Source: Candidatus Sulfobium sp. (GTDB lineage: Bacteria; Nitrospirota; Thermodesulfovibrionia; Thermodesulfovibrionales; UBA6898). Taken from it: 64,000 nt of DNA. Positions 58,480 to 64,000 of this stretch are shown here, piece by piece (positions within the stretch are counted from its first letter, which is position 1; each line of letters opens with the position of its first letter). Under the pieces are notes generated by a model. The model worked only from the letters and a program-made list of their open reading frames with translations, made no database searches and was not told where the DNA came from. The position numbers and the translations under genes were made by a program. The DNA lies in assembly GCA_037380845.1 (NCBI GenBank), contig JARRRI010000006.1, positions 1-64,000 on the forward strand, in the 5' to 3' direction.

Positions 58480-60501
58480 ATGGGAAAGACGGTAAATCTT
58501 AAAATAGACGGAAAGGACGTTCAGGTTGCGGAGGGCCTCAACCTCATCGAGGCAGCGGCCGAGGCCGGGGTTCACATCCCGAACCTCTGCTATCTGAAGG
58601 GCATGAAGGGCATCGGAGCCTGCAGGCTCTGCTTGGTGGAGATCGAAGGCATGAAGTCGCCCATGATCGCCTGCACCACAAAGGCCAAGGACGGCATGGT
58701 GGTCAATACGAAGACCGAGAAGGTCCAGGAGGTCAGGAAGTTCGTGGTAGATCTTATCCTGTCCATGCACCCCCTTGACTGTATGACCTGCACCAAGGCG
58801 GGTGTCTGCAACTTGCAGCAATATGCCTACGATTTCGAGATAAAGGAATCGAGTTTTTCGAGGAAGAAGTTCGGCTATCCGATAGACGAAGCCAATCCTT
58901 TCATAAAGAGAGATCCCGATTACTGCGTTCTCTGCGGAAGGTGCATACGTGTATGCCAGGCCCAGGACACCAACGTTCTGGAGTTCTCCGGCAGGGGTGT
59001 GGGCGCCAGGGTCGTCACTGCGGAGGACAAGCCACTGCAGGAGTCTGATTGCACCTTCTGCGGAAGCTGTGTGGACGCGTGCCCGGTAAACGCCCTCCTT
59101 GAAGCCGACCGGTGGAGAAAGGGGCGTGAATGGGAATATGAAAAAACGGACTCCGTCTGTCTTTCGTGTGGTAACGGATGCAGCATTACGGTGAGCACAA
59201 AAGACGGAGAGGTAATAAAGATAAACTCGGGTGCTCCGGAAGGAACCGCCGAGCGGTTCATCTGTGCCAGGGGAAGGTTTGGATTCGACAGCCTCACCAG
59301 CGACCAGCGCGTGGGAACTCCGATGAAAAGGGTCGACGGTGATCTTCAGGAGACGACATGGGATGATGCCATTGAAACGGTTGCGGGGAAACTGAAGGCG
59401 GCCGGCCAGGATGCCTCGATCGTCAGCAGCGCAAACATTCTGAATGAAGACGCACTATTACTGAAGAAACTGGCTTCCGATGTGGTGAAAACAAGGAACG
59501 TCGACTCTTCCGTAACTCTGTATTCTGACTATGATTCACTGAAGAACGGCACGGCGGACCTGCAGAATGCCGACCTGTTCATCCTGGCAGGAACGGCACC
59601 CGACCAGTGGACAAGAGTCCTGCCGGCCCTCGACGCGGTTATCAGAAGGAAGATGAACAATGACGGCGCAAAGCTGATCGTTATCAATTCGGGTGATACC
59701 AAGATCGCGTCAAAGGCAACCGCCAACCTTAAGGGCGACGAGGTGAAAAAGCTTGAGGAGCTTGCCCAGGCCATGATCTCTAAAGGCGTAAAGGCCCCGA
59801 AAGAGATGGTGGAAGCCCTCGCATCCGTCGACCCCTCTGACGAGGCCATGAACGCCGCGGACATCCTTGTGGCCGCGAAATCACCCGTTATCCTTGCCGC
59901 CCCCGCTCTTTACAGGGCTGCCGCCAACCTCTCGCTCATAAAGTCCGAGGCTGTGTCGGTGCCTCTTGAGGCAAACTCCAAAGGCGTGGCGCTCATGGGC
60001 CTGACGACGGAAGGGAAGAAATTCAGGGAGATAATTTCCTCTCATTCAAAAGCACTCTATGTGGTCGGAGAAGTGCCGGTGAGCGAGAGGCCGGATACTG
60101 ATTTCCTCGTAGTACAGGCTTCCCACATGACAGGCCTGGCGAAGGAGGCCGATGTGGTCCTGCCGTCGGCAGCTGCACTCGAATCGGGGGGGACGATAGT
60201 GGATTATCTCGGAAGGTTGAAAGAGGTCAAAAAGGCGGTGGAGCCTGCCGGTGATGCGCTTCCGCATTCAGTGATATTCACGGCAGTTGCGAAGGCTATG
60301 GGCGCCTCTCTGAAGACTCCGAAGGACACAGAAGTCAAAAAGGCCCTGAAAGGAAAAGTGAAGGCCTCCTTCAGTCCTTTCCGGAAAGATAAGGACCTCG
60401 ACGTTGATGTGGAGAAGTTTAACGAGGATATAAATATGTCGACCATAAACGGTTCGAGGCTTCTCTGGCTGAAGGAGCTTGAGAAGGGAGTGGCTGCGTA
60501 G
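58480..60501 (+). CDS. NuoG/FdhA-like Fe-S subunit lacking the Mo ligand
   Basis: [2Fe-2S], HxxxCxxCxxxxxC, 2x[4Fe-4S], CxxCxxxC...C; NVDSSVTLY where FDH has its Cys/Sec-His motif. Confidence 0.88.
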   Translation: MGKTVNLKIDGKDVQVAEGLNLIEAAAEAGVHIPNLCYLKGMKGIGACRLCLVEIEGMKSPMIACTTKAKDGMVVNTKTEKVQEVRKFVVDLILSMHPLDCMTCTKAGVCNLQQYAYDFEIKESSFSRKKFGYPIDEANPFIKRDPDYCVLCGRCIRVCQAQDTNVLEFSGRGVGARVVTAEDKPLQESDCTFCGSCVDACPVNALLEADRWRKGREWEYEKTDSVCLSCGNGCSITVSTKDGEVIKINSGAPEGTAERFICARGRFGFDSLTSDQRVGTPMKRVDGDLQETTWDDAIETVAGKLKAAGQDASIVSSANILNEDALLLKKLASDVVKTRNVDSSVTLYSDYDSLKNGTADLQNADLFILAGTAPDQWTRVLPALDAVIRRKMNNDGAKLIVINSGDTKIASKATANLKGDEVKKLEELAQAMISKGVKAPKEMVEALASVDPSDEAMNAADILVAAKSPVILAAPALYRAAANLSLIKSEAVSVPLEANSKGVALMGLTTEGKKFREIISSHSKALYVVGEVPVSERPDTDFLVVQASHMTGLAKEADVVLPSAAALESGGTIVDYLGRLKEVKKAVEPAGDALPHSVIFTAVAKAMGASLKTPKDTEVKKALKGKVKASFSPFRKDKDLDVDVEKFNEDINMSTINGSRLLWLKELEKGVAA

Positions 60502-60527
60502 GATTACGGCGACTCTTCCGGAAAGAC

Positions 60528-60560
60528 GAAGGGCGGACCTGCCGGGGCCGCCCTTTTTTA
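60528..60560 (+). terminator. Rho-independent terminator of the acs/oxidoreductase cluster
   Basis: AAGGGCGG...CCGCCCTT plus T-run. Confidence 0.65.
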
Positions 60561-60669
60561 TTAACGTTTCAATGCGCCGTCCCGGAGCTTTCGGCATCGC
60601 GGCGTCTCATGCTTCCTCCCTGGACGGCGAAGGGTGCGGCGGTTGGTTGATCGGAAAGTTATTTATGAA

Positions 60670-61344
60670 ATGGCCGCTCTAACTGGAAATTTCCAACCCC
60701 GGGACTTTGAGGAGGCCGGGGACATACAGGAACATGTCAGAAGAGAGGTCCGCATAATCCCGTTGGAAGGGGAGCCTGTCCTTGTCGCGGCGGCGGATGC
60801 TGCGTACAGCGACGATTCAGTGGTTGCGGCGGCTTCCCTGTACTCATATGCCGGATTGGCCCATGTAGCCGATGCTTTTTTCAGGGGCCGGCCAAGCTTC
60901 CCGTACAGAAGCGGATTTTTGGCCTTCCGTGAAGGTTCAGCCATAGCCGGTGCCCTGAAAAAACTGGAACGGCCTGATGTTATCCTGATCGACGGCCAGG
61001 GCATTGCTCATCCGCGGGGAGCCGGCATTGCGTCTCACATCGGGGTTATTCTCAATAAGCCGACCATAGGATGTGCAAAAACACGGCTTACCGGCCGCTT
61101 CGACGAGCCCGGAGCGACCAGGGGCTGTTGGACATACCTGTACGAGGAAAGGACAGGCCTTCAGCCCATCGGTGCGGTACTGAGGACGAGGAGTCATGTA
61201 AAGCCACTTTTCATATCTCCGGGACACCTCATCGATATTGAATCCAGCGTCCGCATCGTTTTGGGGTGCTTCTCCGGTTACAGGATTCCCGAGCCTCTCA
61301 GAAGAGCGGATAAACTGTCGAAAACATTAAGCAGGGATGCCTAG
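60670..61344 (+). CDS. nfi: Endonuclease V
   Basis: ADAAY, FPYRSGFLAFRE, IDGQGIAHPR, ISPGH; start uncertain (60634 or 60670). Confidence 0.92.
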   Translation: MAALTGNFQPRDFEEAGDIQEHVRREVRIIPLEGEPVLVAAADAAYSDDSVVAAASLYSYAGLAHVADAFFRGRPSFPYRSGFLAFREGSAIAGALKKLERPDVILIDGQGIAHPRGAGIASHIGVILNKPTIGCAKTRLTGRFDEPGATRGCWTYLYEERTGLQPIGAVLRTRSHVKPLFISPGHLIDIESSVRIVLGCFSGYRIPEPLRRADKLSKTLSRDA

Positions 61345-62021
61345 GTTTTCGCCGATTTGCTTTTGATGAAAGAGTCTATCGAGGCCCTATGGTGAGATTT
61401 CAGATCGAGGAAACGAACTCCATAGTGGTAAGCGTCTGTCCCGTTTGCGGCTACCCTCATCACTTCTGCGTCGGCAGTGATCCTTTCGGCCCCCGGCAGG
61501 AAAAAAGAGCAGGATATGGAATCACCTTTCTCGAGTTTCTTGTCCGTCTCGATGAGGATGCCCGATGTGCTTATATTCTGCGAAGAGCAGAAGAATGTTT
61601 CACCCGGCGATTTTCCGTTTACGCTCACTTTTAAGAGGACCCTGTAGCTCTTTCTTTCCGGGATGTCGAGAAGCTGACTGACTTTTTCAAGAAGTTGCAG
61701 CGGCCTGATCGGTTTGGTAATGTAAGCGTTGGCCTGACAGCGTTTAAACCTGTTCATATCGGAGTCACTGTTGGTTCCCACTATGATCACGGAGACCTGT
61801 TGGAGTACCGGATCTCTTCTAATCTGGGAACAGAGTTCATCTCCGTTAAGTTCAGGCATTTCCAGGTCCATGACGATAAGGTCCATCTTCTCCGAACGGT
61901 GCAGTTCCAGGGCCTCCCGGCTTGAAGTGGTGGTGAATATTGTAAAATCCGATCTGTTGAGGATGCTTTTTTCTTTTTCTATGAAGGCATGCACGTCATC
62001 TACGATCAATATCTTTTTCAT
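61341..62021 (-). CDS. Receiver-PilZ protein
   Basis: IVDD, MDLEMP, TKP; RKSYR and NISTSG c-di-GMP motifs. Confidence 0.88.
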   Translation of the reverse strand: MKKILIVDDVHAFIEKEKSILNRSDFTIFTTTSSREALELHRSEKMDLIVMDLEMPELNGDELCSQIRRDPVLQQVSVIIVGTNSDSDMNRFKRCQANAYITKPIRPLQLLEKVSQLLDIPERKSYRVLLKVSVNGKSPGETFFCSSQNISTSGILIETDKKLEKGDSISCSFFLPGAERITADAEVMRVAANGTDAYHYGVRFLDLKSHHRASIDSFIKSKSAKT

Positions 62022-62090
62022 GGGTTTTCTTTTATACCGGAAGAAAGCGGCGTTTGTCAAGACAGGCGCTCCCGGGAGCAGTCCGGAGCT

Positions 62091-62876
62091 TCATGCGGCG
62101 GGGAGGGAATCTTTTCCTGCGTTTGACCGCACCGCGAAATAGACATAGGCGGTGGAAATCAGCAGACTGATGTACCACCAGTAAGGTATGTCCAGCGCGG
62201 CGACGGCAACGAATACACCCAGGATAACAGAAGGCGTGATGGCGATGACCGCCAGACGCACCAGAGTCCGGAACCGCAGTTGCGCCTGCAGGGAACGGGC
62301 AAATATAAGGCCGATTGCGGCATAAAAGATGACCTCGACAATATGGTAGAAAAAAGAAAAAACAAGCGCCAGCGGGTAAAAGACAAATATCGACCAGTCC
62401 TCAAAGCTGTCCATCCAGTCATAAATGACCTTGTGGTTTACGGTCAGCCTCCTGATATCCGACAGATCGAAGGTCCTTGTTTCAGTCTTATCGGTCTTTA
62501 TTTCTATGCTGTTTTTCGTGAGGAGAACCACGGCTTGCGATCCTTTGAGTGAGGCGACCTTTCCTGTAGTATCTATTATCATTACCGGCTTTCCGGTTTT
62601 TTTGTCTTTGATGTAATAAGGCTGCGGCTTTTTTACCGATACCTTGCCGTCTGCAACGGTAATGGTTGGGACCTGCTGCACGAAGCCGGGGGCCTCGGTG
62701 TTAAAAAAAGTTATCAGGTCCGCCCGAACTTTCATGACTCCGGGGATAACTGACAATGCAAGCAGGGCAAGAAGATAAGTCATGCAGAGCCCCTTCCAGT
62801 TTCTCGCTACGTCCTGATAAAGAGACTTTGAAAAGAATGACAGGTACAACGGATGGACTATGTTATATCTCTGCAT
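62091..62876 (-). CDS. DUF1189-like membrane protein
   Basis: One N-terminal TM, a soluble loop, several C-terminal TMs. Confidence 0.65.
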   Translation of the reverse strand: MQRYNIVHPLYLSFFSKSLYQDVARNWKGLCMTYLLALLALSVIPGVMKVRADLITFFNTEAPGFVQQVPTITVADGKVSVKKPQPYYIKDKKTGKPVMIIDTTGKVASLKGSQAVVLLTKNSIEIKTDKTETRTFDLSDIRRLTVNHKVIYDWMDSFEDWSIFVFYPLALVFSFFYHIVEVIFYAAIGLIFARSLQAQLRFRTLVRLAVIAITPSVILGVFVAVAALDIPYWWYISLLISTAYVYFAVRSNAGKDSLPAA

Positions 62877-62891
62877 AAAACCCCTTGCACC

Positions 62892-63359
62892 TTATTCATG
62901 CCTCCGGCCCCTGCATATCTGGACCGCGGACTGCACGAGCATCAGCGCGATCCCGGCAGTAAGGGCGGCATCTGCAACGTTAAAAGCGGGCCAGTGGTAA
63001 TTCGCGACATGCAGGTCCAGGAAGTCTACGACACGCCCAAGCATTATCCTGTCAGTCAGATTACCCACCGCTCCACCTAGAATCAGCGAAAATGCAGCCC
63101 GGTTACTGCTATCTTTTACAATCAGGAGGGCAACGAAAATGGAGGCGCAGGCAGCTATTACGATAAAGAAGGAGTTCCCCAGGCTCCTGAACAGGCCGAA
63201 TGCCGACCCCGTGTTTTCAACGTGTACCATGTTCAGAACGGGAAGAACGTGTACTACGTCGAACGGAGCCAGAGACATCCTGACCAGATACTTTGTGTAC
63301 TGGTCGACAATGAAGACAGTCAGGGAAAGAGCGAAGTATGGAAAACACCCTTTTTTCAT
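62892..63359 (-). CDS. lspA: Signal peptidase II
   Basis: DQYTK, NTGSAFG, GNLTDR, VVDF, FNVAD. Confidence 0.95.
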   Translation of the reverse strand: MKKGCFPYFALSLTVFIVDQYTKYLVRMSLAPFDVVHVLPVLNMVHVENTGSAFGLFRSLGNSFFIVIAACASIFVALLIVKDSSNRAAFSLILGGAVGNLTDRIMLGRVVDFLDLHVANYHWPAFNVADAALTAGIALMLVQSAVQICRGRRHE

Positions 63360-63432
63360 CTTCCGGAGCCGTTCATGATTCTCGCGAATCCTGGCCGGGA
63401 GGGTCCGTGAAAAATGTATTGCCGGGATGCCG

Positions 63433-63906
63433 TCACAGGGCTTCGCCTTTCGGCTGAAGATCGACTATAAGCGCGTGCTCGTCGCACTCGGGAAATTTCG
63501 GACATCTGATGCAGTCCCCCCATATCTTCTGGGGCAGACCTGATTTGTCTATATCCATGAATCCCAGCTTCTTGAAGAAATCGGGCTGATAGGTGAGAAC
63601 GAATACCCTGCTTATCCCCAGTGTCCTGGCTTCCGAAAGGCAGCGCCTGACCAGTTTTCTGCCGATTCCCATCCGTTGATATTCTTTTCTGACGGCCAGG
63701 GAACGGACCTCTGCGAGGTCTTCCCATAGTATATGCAGGGCGCAGACACCTGCAATTGCGCCGGCGTCTTCGCACACCAGAAGGTCCCTCATACTTTCGT
63801 AAAGCTCATTGAGGGAACGGGGGATCATTTCTTCCCGGCGCGCGAACTCATTGATGAGCCGCTGAACATCCCTCAGGTCGGAGATCCTAGCCTTCCTGAT
63901 CTTCAA
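63433..63906 (-). CDS. argA: GNAT N-acetyltransferase (short ArgA-type)
   Basis: LAEVRSLAV, LPQKIWGDCIRCPKFPECDE. Confidence 0.75.
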   Translation of the reverse strand: MKIRKARISDLRDVQRLINEFARREEMIPRSLNELYESMRDLLVCEDAGAIAGVCALHILWEDLAEVRSLAVRKEYQRMGIGRKLVRRCLSEARTLGISRVFVLTYQPDFFKKLGFMDIDKSGLPQKIWGDCIRCPKFPECDEHALIVDLQPKGEAL

Positions 63907-64000
63907 CGTAGGCCATTCCCCTGATGATCGACTGTCTGTTGGTATTCATCACTGTGTCCTGCCGACGAGTTTCATCAAATAAACCGAGTACCGAAGACTC

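Noticed and set aside
63907..64000. 3' end of a gene at the right edge
   Set aside because: Too short to assign a frame or product

Overview
Chromosomal window of an anaerobic Gram-negative bacterium. Gene content and style suggest Nitrospirota/Thermodesulfovibrionia; this is an inference. All family calls come from motifs and recalled homologues, not from database searches. Left to right: (1) maf and a BaiN-type flavoprotein. (2) A redox locus: orphan M56/M48 peptidase, two small membrane proteins, a 13-heme cytochrome c, a cytochrome b, a histidine kinase with a periplasmic CxxCH motif, and a NarL-family regulator. (3) An FKBP. (4) An amidase overlapping a MamK-like actin, with no other magnetosome genes in the window. 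(5) A pyruvoyl-type histidine decarboxylase and a USP. (6) Two RND efflux operons around rluD, then a small zinc-ribbon gene missed by the ORF track that has an in-frame UGA and a SECIS-like hairpin (candidate selenoprotein). (7) rluB, aspS, a 5'-damaged beta-propeller gene, a CheB-CheR-PAS protein with a PAS kinase, and a stress/membrane cluster. (8) xerD. (9) A Wood-Ljungdahl cluster (acsE-D-C-B-cooS) running into a HydCBA/Bfu-like module whose flavoprotein carries a CBS pair. (10) nfi, REC-PilZ, lspA and an argA-like GNAT. I found no rRNA, tRNA, CRISPR array or transposase. Several dispersed palindromic intergenic repeat families are present.
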